Source: Chrysomallon squamiferum
Lineage: Eukaryota > Animalia > Mollusca
Direction: 5' to 3'
DNA length: 64,000 nucleotides
Assembly (NCBI GenBank): GCA_012295275.1
Contig: CM022673.1
Span: 14,508,001 to 14,572,000, forward strand
Part shown: positions 13,958 through 26,968 of the stretch, one piece after another
How the letters are laid out: every line of letters starts with the position of its first letter
Position numbering within the stretch: position 1 is the stretch's first letter
Translations under genes and position numbers: made by a program
Notes under the pieces: generated by a model
The model's database searches: none
What the model saw: the letters and a program-made list of their open reading frames with translations, nothing else
Told to the model about the DNA's origin: nothing

Positions 13958-14052
13958 ATCCATACTTCAAGTCTCTGGCGATCGAATCTGGTCCTAACGC
14001 GACGAGTGTCCGGTCCGTACTGGTCATTATTGTCACATTTATTGTCCACTGA
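13958..14052 (+). CDS. Candidate terminal coding exon encoding a GPI-anchor-signal-like C-terminus (xPYFKSLAIESGPNATSVRSVLVIIVTFIVH*)
   Basis: Branch point ACTAAC (13941-13946) and acceptor ttcttcctcag; locally GC-richer sequence. The phase-1 frame ends at TGA 14050-14052 after small residues (S-G, N-A-T) and an 11-residue hydrophobic tail with no cytoplasmic extension. Confidence 0.55.
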
Positions 14053-14157
14053 CCTTCGTCCGTGATTATTGGGCTGTCTACGCCGGCGCAGCAAGTCAGA
14101 ATAGTACTCTACCCACGTTACAAGAATTAAAAAACAAAATACTGTCACGACTATTGC

Positions 14158-14940
14158 TGAATATTTATGTGACATATACTGTACGTGATATCCACATAAC
14201 ATATACTGTACGTGATATCTACATAACATATACTGTACGTGATATCTACATAACATATACTGTACGTGATACCTACATAACATATACTGCACGTGATACC
14301 TACATAACATATACTGCACATGATATCTACATAACATATACTGTACTAGATATCTGCGTGACATACACTGTACGTAATATTTATGTTATGTATAGCACGT
14401 GATATGTGTGTAACATATTGTACGTGATATTTATGTGACATTGTACGTGATATTTATGTGACATATTGTACGTGATATTTATATGACATATATTGTATGT
14501 GATATTTATGTGACGTACTACGTAACAGCACCATGACACTGTACATTATATTTATGTGGTATACAGTGCTTGACTTTTATATGTGATACATATAGGATAT
14601 AAATTGTAGTGATATTTATGTGACGTGCTATACGTGATATGTATGTGACGTACAGGATTTGATATTTATATGACAAACTGTACGTGATATGTATGTGACA
14701 TACTATTGGTGATATATATGTGACATTGTACGAGATATTTATGTGACATATAACAGGTGATATTTATGTGACATTGTACGAGATAACAGGTGATGTTCGT
14801 GTGACATTGTACATATTAATACAACATGATTTAATATTTATGTGATGTTGTACGAGATACATTTCCTAGGTGATGTTTGCATGATACATGATATTACACA
14901 CCCTACAGTACGTGACACATGAATGACATACTGCATGTGA
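14158..14940. repeat. Minisatellite, 27-bp unit (tactgtacgtgatatctacataacata), decaying rightwards to about 23-25 bp units (tgtacgtgatatttatgtgacat)
   Basis: Near-identical units at about 14174-14390 produce the 9-aa periodic ORFs; diverged units continue to about 14940. Confidence 0.93.
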
Positions 14941-15539
14941 CAGAACTTTGTCAGAGGACTGTGTGTGATATTTGTATCTTAATACCTTTCTAAAAGGTAA
15001 AACATAAAAGATGAGGTAATAACAAAGATTTATTACAGCTGGTGTGGGATTAATTTAACATTATTAAAACTGCGGGGATTTATAAATCATTCCAGATTAT
15101 TTAAGTGTCTGGATTATTTAAATCTTTGGGGAAATCAGTAAAATGTTTGGGAATATCGTAATCAGGGAGTAATGTTTAATTTGTTTTAACACAGTGTAGT
15201 CTCATCATGACATCGCACGAACATACACACACACACACACATACACATGTAACGTCGTCCGTCTTCGTAGCGTGGGCGAATGGGTGCCATACGTTCGAAT
15301 CTCGACGGGGGCGGCACCTGTCGGGGATTTTGAGATCGTGATTTTTCTTTGTCCTCCTGCGGCTCTGTGTTCCCGAATATTGTCTGTGTGCAGAGTCTAA
15401 TCAGACGTACTCAACACAGAAAACAGTCAAATCCTAAAATACTTACATTGATACGCTTGTAAATTCTCATAAACACATGTACATTATGGTTAACGAACAT
15501 GTTTGTAGCGGTGTCTATGCTGTAAGTTTCAGCTCGTAA

Positions 15540-15810
15540 ACTGTTTATGTGTCGATTTGTCATAAGTGTGTAGACTATGTTTTTGTACAAATATCCTGTG
15601 CAGACTGTTGCTGTGTAAACTATTTTTGAATGTAGACTGTTTCTTTGTTTAGAATGTGTGTTTATTTGTATAACTGTCTTTTTTTTTTTGTATTTTGTGT
15701 AGCCTATATTTATGTATAAACTGTAGACTATTTATGTTTGTGTGTATTCTGTTTAAATGTGTAGTTTGTTTCTGTGTAGACTATACTTAAGTATAGGCTC
15801 TAGACTGTGT
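15540..15810. repeat. Degenerate repeat of about 20 bp with core tgtgtagact(a/g)t
   Basis: Recurrent gtagactat, gtagactgt and gtaaact motifs. Confidence 0.6.
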
Positions 15811-16092
15811 GTGGGTGTATGTAGGTATGTGTGTGTGTGTGTGTGTGTCTCTGTGTGTGTGTGTGTGTTTGTGTGTGTGTATGTCTGTGTATGTGGGTGT
15901 GTTTGTGTGTGTGTGTACATGTTTGTGTGTCTGTGTGTGTTTGTGTGTCTGTGAGTGTTTATGTGTGTCTGTGTGTGTTTATGTGTGTCTGTGTGTGTTT
16001 ATATGTGTGGCTGTGTGTGTTTGTGTGTTTATGTGTGTGTGTGTGTGTGTGTTTGTGTGTGTGTATGTCTGTGTGTCTGTGTGTGTTTCTGT
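15806..16092. repeat. Interrupted (TG)n microsatellite
   Basis: Read directly; source of the VCVC-repeat ORFs. Confidence 0.97.
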
Positions 16093-17769
16093 GGAATGTC
16101 TGTACCAAGCTATCTGTGTTTTCATCTCGTGGAAGTTCTCTAAGTGCGGGTTAAGAGACGTTTGAACGAGGACAGGACGCGGCTTTAATTTCGTCTGGCT
16201 CAATGACGAGAACGCCCCAGAGCTGACGTACGAACTGGCCGCAGCTTCACAAACATACACGTTATTTCCATACGTCATTTCCGGTCATGCGTCCCTTCAA
16301 GTTGCGATTGTTTGTGGCTTAAGAGCAGCAATTTTTGAGTTAACAAGTGTAACGGGAGAACGCGGCGGATATTGCTGCGCTCAGCAGCGAGGCTGGGTCT
16401 GGCTTCCGATTGTTGTCTGTGAGAGAAACGAGAAAGAAAATAAAAAAACATCTATAACCCACTGTTCTTTCCCTGCGCGAGTCTTACAGAACACGTGTAC
16501 TGTGCAGGATGGTGCCAAGTCTCATGTGACACTGAATTATACAAACCCGGTTTTGTTTGACAAACACAGGTCTTAAATACATTTTTATTTTTTTATTTTG
16601 TTTAAAAAAAAAAATTTATGGGCTTATATTGAATATTTTATGAATGTTAAAATCATGTTTGTCGTTTTTTTGTGTGTTTTTATTTTTATTACATTATTAT
16701 TTATTTATTTATTTTTTATTATTATATTAAATTACAGTGTTAAGATTGTTATCACACTGGTACGTAACTGTGCTACTGGGTTAAACGTGTTTGTATTGAA
16801 CTGTATTTATTAAGTTATTGAACTTATTTCACAGAGCTGCTGAACGTGGCGACTTTTCAGAGTGTTTTATTCCGAAAATGTGAATGTTACGAATGTATCA
16901 GTCGGGTAGCCGCTAAGTTCGAATTCCTTGAAGGACTCAAAAGAGGCTGTAAAGTGTCTGACACTTTCCCCGCTAGCCCATAAAAAAAATAACATTTCTA
17001 AGATTCTTGTCAAACAGTTGGGTTTGTATTTTACCAAATAACCACACTGACTGTGTGTGTGTTCACGAGATGTTTATAATGAAGTTGTCGATTTGATAAT
17101 AATTAAATCTTGATTGCCTGTAATCACACTAAATATACCCCTACACAGCATTATTTTAGTAACTAAAACACTTGGTCTGATGTCTTCATGAAATGTTAAA
17201 ATATAGAACGAAGTGACAATTACTTTAATAAAAATTAAATATTTATTACACTTAGTCACACAAGTTTTACATTCAGAACTAAATAACAGTCTTGTTTTAC
17301 TAACACTTCACTTGCCGTAGTCATCAAACGCTGAAGTAATTTTTCTATAAAATAATCATACTGATATTTTAATAATAATTAAAACAATTGATTGCTCACA
17401 GTCACACAATACTATGATTCTGTTCTGTGCTTTTATTTTAATTAGAATTCGATTATTTCTAGTCAAACAATGATATAATATAATTCTTCATGACGTTCCC
17501 GTCTTGCATTTTAATGATAAAGGGAAATAAGTGAAGCGGAATAACAAGGGGAAATAACTAAGAAATTAACAGTCTTCTCTGATTGAACGAGGTTTAAAAA
17601 TAACCACACTTTTAAATGTACGTAATCTTATTATTGATGAAGTCATTTCAATCTACTCGTAATACCAATAAAATATTTATTATAACTTTGATGTTGAAAC
17701 CTCAACAGACGTTACATATTCACAGTTAATTAATACCGTCACTTGACTTCTCCATATTAGCATTCATAA

Positions 17770-18130
17770 TCTTTCTTTTTTACTTTATTACTTTTTTTTT
17801 TTCTTCTTTTTGCATAGTTAGTTTCCTCTTTCTTTCTTCGTTTTCTTTTCCTTCCCTCTTTATTTCTTCTTTTTATCTTTCCTTTATTGTTACTGGTTTT
17901 CTTCCTTGTTACGCATTTCTTCTTCTTCTTCTTTTTTTATTTTTTATTTTTATTATTTTTTTTATCATTGTTTTGTTCCTTGTTACATCTGTTCTTTGTT
18001 TCTTTCTATTTTTTTTCCTTTTTGGCTTCTCTGTTTCAGTCTTCTTTCTGTCATTTATTTCCTTCATTTTTGTTTCCTTTCACTTGTCTTTGTTTCTTTT
18101 CTTTCTTTACTTTTTTATGTTTTTCCATTC
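17770..18130. repeat. T-rich polypyrimidine low-complexity tract
   Basis: About 360 bp dominated by T and C. Similar tracts occur at about 45080-45560 and 56285-56470. Confidence 0.85.
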
Positions 18131-18475
18131 AGGACTTTATCATGACAGCTATTCCTGAACTACATACATTAAAAATAGATTTAAAATAAAAACTGATATT
18201 AAATTTTCAATAAAACAAAAAGGAAATTAAATCATTTAAAAAAAAAAATAAACGCACTGAAATTAAAACGTCTTGCATTAAGAATTTAAAGCGGATCGTT
18301 AAAGAAAATTGCTTTTTTAATTGACAGGATCCAGGAAAATAACAGACATTTTATTTTATGTTACAAAATAAATAATAGAAGTAAATAAGTTAAAACTGAA
18401 GGGATGGTATTCTTATGTGATCTGTATGTTTTAGTGGGCATATGTTAGTAAACTCACATTTTGTGTATGTTTATA

Positions 18476-18519
18476 CGTACGTACGTACGTATGTATGTAT
18501 GTGTATATATGTATATATA

Positions 18520-18555
<36 letters not shown>

Positions 18556-18653
18556 TGTATGTATGTATGTGTGTATGTATGTATGTATGTACGTATGTAT
18601 GTATGTATGCATGTATCTTTGAGTGTATGCTGGTGAGTGTTTATGAGAGTGTG

Positions 18654-18687
<34 letters not shown>
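18476..18687. repeat. (TACG)/(TATG)n/(TG)n compound microsatellite
   Basis: Read directly from the sequence. Confidence 0.95.
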
Positions 18688-18689
<2 letters not shown>

Positions 18690-19240
18690 AATCTGAGAAC
18701 TCGACTTTGTACACTTCTGTAGCTGTAAAGCATTCTTATGAATATTAAAATGTTGTAAATGGAAGCATGTATCCAGACAGTTCAAATAATTTTGTTCCAG
18801 ACCTCATTTTAGCAATATTTTATTGTTATGTTTATTGTATACACACTGACATGTTACTTATGTTTGGGGTAGAGAGATCACCACCCACCCTCATCGAGTC
18901 CTGGGTCTTCCACTGAATTATTAGTGTTTACAGTTATAAATATATCATTAAAAGATTATTAATGAGATATTATTGTTAATACTGTCATCACTCTATTATT
19001 AACTGTAATTATAAAAACAGAGATTAACTACTGAGATAATGAACGTATGATTCAGAAATCGTAATTTGAGACAATTATCACGGAAATTGCCGAATCAGAG
19101 CCGGAACTTCCGTAATTTATCGATTTCGTTACTGTGAGATGTGCTTGAAGGAAACTGTAATACGTCATTTTTGAATAAAACATTGATCAGGCGGCCCAGT
19201 GTTGACAGTACAGTCAACATTCAGCTGCTGAACCTATCTG

Positions 19241-19346
19241 CCTGTACCATCACTAACACATTAACTGTCTGTACCATCACTAACACATTAACTGTCTGTA
19301 CCATCACTAACACACTAACTGTCTGTACCATCACTAACACACTAAC
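19241..19346. repeat. Minisatellite, 27-bp unit (ctgtaccatcactaacacattaactgt), about 4 copies
   Basis: Near-perfect tandem copies; TLTVCTITN periodicity in the ORF track. Confidence 0.95.
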
Positions 19347-19449
19347 CTTCACTTTTGTTCCAACCTTATCATTACATGAATAAAATGTGTTGTAATTAAT
19401 TTTGTGAATACAATGTTATTTATAAACTTAAATGTAGAACATAAATTAT

Positions 19450-19940
19450 AACTCAGACGTATCACATACAATAATAACAGTATCCACTCAAGGTGTCAAA
19501 TATAGTAATAACAGTATCTGCACAATGTATCAGGAACAATAATAATAGTATCTACTCAAGTGTATATCAGCGTGTCAGATACAGTAGTAACAGTATCTAC
19601 TGAGATATAGGTCAGGTGTACGTAAGTGTATCGGATACAGTAACAACTCAGATGTACGTCACTGTATCAGATACAACAATAACAGATTTTCATCAGCGTG
19701 TTAGATACAATAGTAATAGTATATATTGAGACGTAAGTCAGTTTACTCGATACAATAATAACTCAGTTGTACGCCAGTGCATCGGATACAGTAATAACTG
19801 AGATGTACGTCAGTGTTTTGGATACAGTAATAACTCAGATGTACGTCTGTATATTGGATACAGTAATAACTGAGATGTACGTCAGTGTTTTGGATACAGA
19901 AATAACTCAGATGTACGTCTGTATATTGGATGCAATAATG
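19450..19940. repeat. Minisatellite, 36-bp unit (ggatacagtaataact[g/c]agatgtacgtc...), with an alternating A/B dimer at the right end
   Basis: Clean units at about 19755-19940 and diverged units upstream; 12-aa periodicity in ORF 19767-20018. Confidence 0.88.
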
Positions 19941-21137
19941 ACAGAGACTAGAGTGTCAGAGACAATCAGTTTACTTTTCCTCGACTGTTTTCTGTGTGAG
20001 TTAAACTTATCACTCTGATGTCACGAGAGACTGGCTGCTAAATCTCCTGTACGTGTGTGACTCCTGCCAAGTCTCTAACCTGCTTACACGCAGAGACAGG
20101 GGAGAAATCGAAAGACATTAACACGTGTTTGCATACATCAAGCACACACCATGTCAGTGAAAACACGAGCAGAATACGTCCAAGGTCACGTGTTTTTTTT
20201 TTTTTTTTTTTTGCACAGTGAGTGAGAAACGGGAGCAAGGCAAATGGCTATCTTCGCCACTCGCTGATCAAGTCAGTAATTTCTGATAAACGAAATTTTC
20301 ATTTCCCTGCAGGTTACAGAAAGGTTTCAAACATTCCGTGTTTTGACTTTATTTGTATCTGCTGTCACAGAGGGATTATGCTTTCCAAAAAAAAAAAAAA
20401 GAAACAATAATTAAGGCTGTAGAGGAACAAGGGAATATAAAGTACAAGTTAAAATTTTTATAATTGTCATTAATTTAATGTACAGAATATAAAATATTAA
20501 ATCATTAAATTAAAAATATTTTATTCATATGCAGCATTGTTTATATTGTCATTTCTGCAACAAAGCTTTGTCAGATTCGTTGTTATACATTTTATTTAAT
20601 AATAATAACGTTAAATATGTATGCAATTTATAAATGTTTTTACAATAAGGCCATTTATTTAGAATGCTTATCATTTACTGATCACTGGTAACCGTGATAA
20701 AGTAAGAAACTGTTTATGCGTGAAATAATAATTGGTGAATAAAATATAAATATTAATAATGTGTTTTGTAACCATGGAATGAAATATAAAAACATAAATA
20801 CAGAGATGTTGATAAAAGATTTTCAACTTTTATTTTAATATTTATAAGATAAAAGAGAGCTTTAACAAAGAAATTAAACTTAATTGTTTCTTCTTTCTTT
20901 CCTTTTTTTCTTTTTTTCAATTTCTTTCCTCACATTTCATAGATAAAAAGATAAAGTAAAAACTTTATGAGAAATGGGATTTATAAAAATATCAAGTAAA
21001 TTAATAAGAATCTGTAATTGGAAGGTGAGGGTCAACGTACTGTCAGAGTTATAAATATTCATGAATTATTCACACCATTGAAAATAACGGTCCATCATAG
21101 TTATTAGTATGTTTCTTAGCAAATACAAAACATTTAA

Positions 21138-21368
21138 GCCCCGCCTACTTTTATTACTGACCTGTCCTTGAGTTGTCTGATTGGTTAAACGTATTATTAC
21201 TTAACAAACAATGTGTTGACGTCAGGAGTTCGCGCAGCTGAGCCAATTAGCACAAAGTACCAGTCTGTATTGTTCTTGTTCAGATTAATGTTCATAAACG
21301 AAATTAACGTTCAAAGATAAAATTAATTCTCCAAGATTTATGTGTTATCGGCATGTGAACTTTGACCT
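21138..21368 (+). promoter_or_regulatory. Promoter-like motif cluster: GC box, two CCAAT boxes, CRE and a nuclear-receptor DR1 element
   Basis: GCCCCGCC 21138-21145, CTGATTGGTT 21177-21186, TGACGTCA 21217-21224, AGCCAATTAG 21241-21250, TGAACT-T-TGACCT 21356-21368. Confidence 0.5.
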
Positions 21369-21966
21369 GACTGCCTCGATTTCGCCGTCTTTTCATTTTA
21401 ACTGAACTTTATTTATTCTGCGTCTGTTGTCTGAAATTTTGTTGTCGAAGTCGTTTCAGAAACCGCGGTGTCAGACCAACACAGAATTAGTGTTCCATAT
21501 CTCTTCCTGCCATCTGATTCAGACTGCTAAAATTTGTGTGTAATTTATTTTATTAAAATGGTAAATTTAGAATAAATAACTGCAGCAAGCAGGAAGCTGC
21601 AAATACAGTCCACGAATCTCTGCAGGCGCACAGTGCGAGTGTAAGTATGTGAGGAATCGTGGCAGGTAGAAAAACTATTATTTACAAAATTACTGTTCAC
21701 CAGTTCATTCAGAACACAAGTTGTTGGCAGGTATTTAAAAAACCAAAACAAAACAAAACAAAAAAAAACAATTGTGGAGGGTGTTGGTGGTGGGCAGGTT
21801 ATTTTATTGAGCAGAAATAAACTTGCTACTTGTGTAGTTTTTTTTTTTAGCGTTTACTGAATAAATTATCAACAATACTAATCAATAAATAAAATAAAAT
21901 AAAAAGAAGAAGAATACGTAAAATAATAATATAAATAAAATAATAAAAACAAAATAAAAAAATAAT

Positions 21967-22021
<55 letters not shown>

Positions 22022-22149
22022 AATAAAATAATTGAATGAGATGTTTGGATAAATAAACTAAAACAAAATGTTTTACTGCTTCTTTAACGTCATCACCATC
22101 ACAAGACGAATTACTAAACATTCTCACTGATGCAACTGTTACCTCCATT

Positions 22150-22430
22150 ACAACGACAACAACTACTCTGCTACTACTACTTTTACGATTACAGCCATGA
22201 CCACTAGCACTACCGCTACTGCTACTACTACTACTACTTATACTGGTACTACAACAACTACTACCACTGCAACAGCTACTACTACTACAACTGCCAGTGC
22301 TGCTACTACAATTACAAAACTATTATTACTACTTCTATAGCGCTACAGCTGCTACCTCTATTTCTACTGCAACTACTACTACTACTACTACTATTACTAC
22401 TACTACTGCTATTACTACTACTACTACAAT
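22150..22430. repeat. Degenerate (CTA)n microsatellite
   Basis: ctactacta runs with ctg and caa variants. Confidence 0.9.
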
Positions 22431-22659
22431 CTGAAAGACCATGTCAAAGATACCCTAAAGGAGGTGTTTAATGATTTTGAACTTTACTTTTTTTTGTTAA
22501 TTATGGATTCCACACGATCTGTTTTTATTTTCAGAATTAACTAGACAGATGGAAATTCACCATCTGGCAGTTAGCTGACTCAGTTGATGAGAAATCTAAA
22601 ACAGTATCAAGATATTATAAGGAATATTAAAAATCAGTTTTTATCTGGTTGGTGTTCCT

Positions 22660-22933
<274 letters not shown>

Positions 22934-23182
22934 GCAAAAATAAATTCTTTATATTTATGTACAAATATAATTTTTCTGATGTGTATAAATACTGCAGGTA
23001 TTTATTACTGGAAAAATGCCAAATGAAAACTTTCAGACAACACAAGGTGTAATGAATTATTGAGAATTTCCTATTTACATCAACTATCACGCCGGTAGCG
23101 GATGTAGATTTTCTGTTTTAATTTCCTTCCTCAAATCAGCACACAGCCCGTTTCTTTAATTTTAATTATTATTTATTTGGTT

Positions 23183-23213
<31 letters not shown>

Positions 23214-23859
23214 TTAGATTTATTTATTTAAAATTTCGAGAAGTAATATTAAAGTAATTAATATACAGGATTACTTTTTTATATTCTTTGTTTTAAATTG
23301 TTTTCTGTTGTGAGAGTGCTCAATCTTGACGTGACATAAGTAAATAAAGTTTTCACCAGTTCAGTCTGTTCAGAATTATCCATAAACGTCTTTTTTTTAC
23401 AGTTTTGTAATTATTCTCGTCTGTTGTCTGTATGAAACATGGAAACGTTTGGAAAAGAAACACACAGTATTTTTAATTATGAATATTGTGACCGAGGTCT
23501 AGAAAAGAGCCCGGATGTGCCCTAGACCAATATTCTTTATGCTTCTTATATAAGACATTTTTCTTCAAGAGGACTTTGAAACTGACAAAATGTGTCTGAT
23601 ATGTATTTAAAATACACGATCGAAAATACTTCCTGGTTTATGCATGATGCTATTTGTTTGTTTTTTTTGTTGTATTTTTTCACTTTCAACACTGAGGTAA
23701 TTTGATTTGTTTTTCTTTAACCAAAATGTTCTGTTTAAGATGTGCCTGTCAACGGTTTGTCCTGGTTAATATGGAAGAGCTTTGTTACCCATCCACCCAC
23801 CCCAAAAAAAGAAGAAAAAAAAAAAAACGTCTTAGCTAATATGTATACATTTCACAGAG

Positions 23860-24445
23860 AACAGAATGTTCTGGTTAGTATGCAAAGGTTTATCAGAAAA
23901 CAGTATGGTTAATATGTAAAACGTTTTTCACAGAACAACATGGTTAATATGTAAAACGTTTTTCACAGAACAGTTTGGTTAATATGTAAGAAATATTTCA
24001 GAGAACAGCACGGTTAATATGTAAGACATTTTTCAGAGAACAGCATGCTTACTATGTAAGACGTTTTTCAAAGAACAACATGGTTAATATGTGAGACGTT
24101 TTTCAGAGAACAGCATGGTTAATATGTAAGATGTTTTTCAAAGAACAGCATGGTTACTATGTAAGACGTTTTTCAGAGAACAGCATGGTTACTATGTAAG
24201 ACGTTTTTCAAAGAACAACATGGTTAATATGTAAGACGTTTTTCACAGAACTACATGGTTAATATGTAAGACGTTTTTCAGAGAACAGCATGGTTAATAT
24301 GTAAGACGTTTTTCAGAGAACAGCATGGTAAATATGTAAAATGTTTTTCAGAGAACAGCATGGTTAATATGTTATACGTTTATCAGAGAACAGTCTAGTT
24401 AATATGTAAGACGTTTTTCAAAGAAAAGTCAAGTTACTATGTACA
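23860..24445. repeat. Minisatellite, 35-bp unit (gaacagcatggttaatatgtaagacgtttttcaga), about 16 copies
   Basis: tggtt anchors at 23906, 23941 and 23976 give period 35. Units are head-to-tail with no unique spacers. Confidence 0.96.
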
Positions 24446-25620
24446 TGGGCGAATAAGCAAAATTTGAAAACTGTCATGATTACTGGTTTGATGACTGGTG
24501 CTTCGCATCATCTGATCACAGCGCTACGTTTATGGACGTCAGTCACATAATTAAACACAGCTTTAACGTCGTCCGCGTTTCTTTGATGTCACAGTGCACC
24601 GCGATATATTTTTATCAATACAGCTCTCTCTCTCTCAGATCAGTGTAAAATGTGTGATTAAAACTTAATTAGAAAAGATATTGACGTCTGGTTAGCTGTC
24701 GCTGTGTGAGTGCAGGTTTTACAGCAGATTATGTCTTCACAATATTTTTTTTATTGCTCGTGATTGTAGAACTACAAGTCGAAGGATCGAAAACTATGAA
24801 AGTATCATTTTCAAAATAAATAAATGAATGTTTATAAAATTATAATTCTTTGCGTTTTAATTGTAACGCTCTCTGGATGTCGCGTGTGTGTGTGTGTGTC
24901 TGTGTGTGTATGTGTGTATTATATATATATATATATTTTGAAATTTTAGTTAAACGAGACTGGCTGAAATGTGAAATATCGCTATAAGAGTTGATCCTGC
25001 AGCTTCCATGTCTCAGAAACGAACTACATCTCTCTTCATGAATCTGTGTCAGATGTTTTCCCTAGAGTTCTTGTCTTCTTGTTTTTTCGTCATCTATTTC
25101 TTTTTTCTTTATCTGACATATGTGGTTTCTCAGCAGGTTATTTAATACGGGGATCGAGGGCGCTTTGTACATCTTGGCGGTGTTTTATGTAAAGGCAATG
25201 AGGGGAGATTACTGTGTACCACCTGGAGCACTGCGCGCCCCTACAGGGTCACATGACCCAATCAAAACATCAAAGAGCTCCGAAATAGAAAAACTGTTTT
25301 ATATATTAAATACCGGCCTTTTCAGTCTTCAAAACAAGAAGAAAAAGAAGAAGAAGATATAAAGAAAGGTAAAATGGAAAAAGAATAAAAAGAAAAACTG
25401 TTCTCATTGATACACGTATTTGTCTGTTTTAAAGATTTCTGAGATTTAGAAGGAACTGTTTCACAGCGGTATGTGAAATTTCAGACATTTTCGTTAATCC
25501 GAACACGAGCAGAAGTAACGTCACACAAAATAACTTCGTAACCAGAGATCCTTTCATGTACGTCACTGCTTCCACGTGTCTTAATATTCACCACTACCTT
25601 TTCTTCTAATTGGACGGGAT

Positions 25621-25753
<133 letters not shown>

Positions 25754-25996
25754 TCCATACACATAAATACTCACATTTACATATGAACGTAGACATAAAC
25801 AAATAAGCGGGTATTCGTATTAATGTTTTGGCTGTTCTGGCTATATCTGTCTACACAGATCTGACTTGAAACACATATCAAGGTTTGATCTAAATACGTT
25901 GTGCTGTTAATACCTAATACCTAATACGTAATCACTAATAGCAACAGCAACAACAACAAAAACAATTAAAATTTCTCTACAAGCTTTATATCATTT

Positions 25997-26030
<34 letters not shown>

Positions 26031-26454
26031 TTATTTACAATAACTTGACACAGATGAAACAAATGAAAAACATCGTTCATGGCCGTGATCATTTTCGCTG
26101 ATTTTTCTTGGCGTCTTGAAATCACTTTGAGCAGCACGGTGTGAGTGTTTCATTTTCCACTGCGCTTTTCACTTTGTATCTCTCAGACTCGTCAGTTTGA
26201 AATCTTCTCATCAGAAATTTGTTTAGTAAGTAATAAAATATGTTTTCAATCAATTAGCGGACTATTTTCGGGTTTGAAGTCTCTATGTGGGCAGGCAGGT
26301 GAAGCTGAGTCGAGAAGCAACATTCAACTCGCCTCACTCGCTCGCCTCACTCGCTCGCCTGCTGGCTGGCACACAACCAAAGTGTTTTCTGATCGGCTGA
26401 AAGATAATTCACACTGCTTGATAAACTTTTAACTAAAATATGTTTTCTGTGAAA

Positions 26455-26895
26455 GCAGAGGAAGACAAAACATGGTAGTTTTAGTAATGATACCTCTGAT
26501 AATTCTACCTTGTAGATTTTTAAAATAGATTTTTGTTTTTTTTGTTTTTTTGAAAACTCTTTTTGTACTAAAACAGAGAGAAAATATTTCAGATTTAGTA
26601 AGATATATGATAAGTCTTTGTCTAAAGATACACTTGTAGATTTTTTAATAGAGATGTTTCTGACATCTCTTTTCCATCGAAACACGGAAATATTTCAGAT
26701 TTAGTAAGATATCTGATAATTCATTCTCTGATACACTTGTAGATATAATTTTTAAATCTATTTTCCTCGGAAACAGAGAGAAAATAGTGTAGTTTTAACA
26801 AGATATCTGATAATTCTACATTCTTTTTACGTTATCTCTGTTCGAGGGAAACAGAAATCTTTGCATTCTTAGTAATGATATCTTTGATAACTGCA
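26455..26895. repeat. Degenerate tandem repeat, about 80-120 bp unit (aaatatttcagatttagtaagatatctgataattc...gatacacttgtagat)
   Basis: The core ttagtaa(t)gatatct(t)gataa recurs about 5 times. Confidence 0.75.
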
Positions 26896-26937
26896 TGTTA
26901 AACGATAAACTTGCAAGTTATTATTATTATTATTATT

Positions 26938-26968
<31 letters not shown>

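Noticed and set aside
13954-14364. 136-aa minus-strand ORF
   Set aside because: Its N-terminal half is the 27-bp minisatellite. The unique half is better explained as the antisense of the + strand terminal exon, which has proper splice signals.
25120-25362. 80-aa + ORF with an acceptor-like site near 25136
   Set aside because: No good donor, no recognisable homology, and it ends in low-complexity Lys codons.
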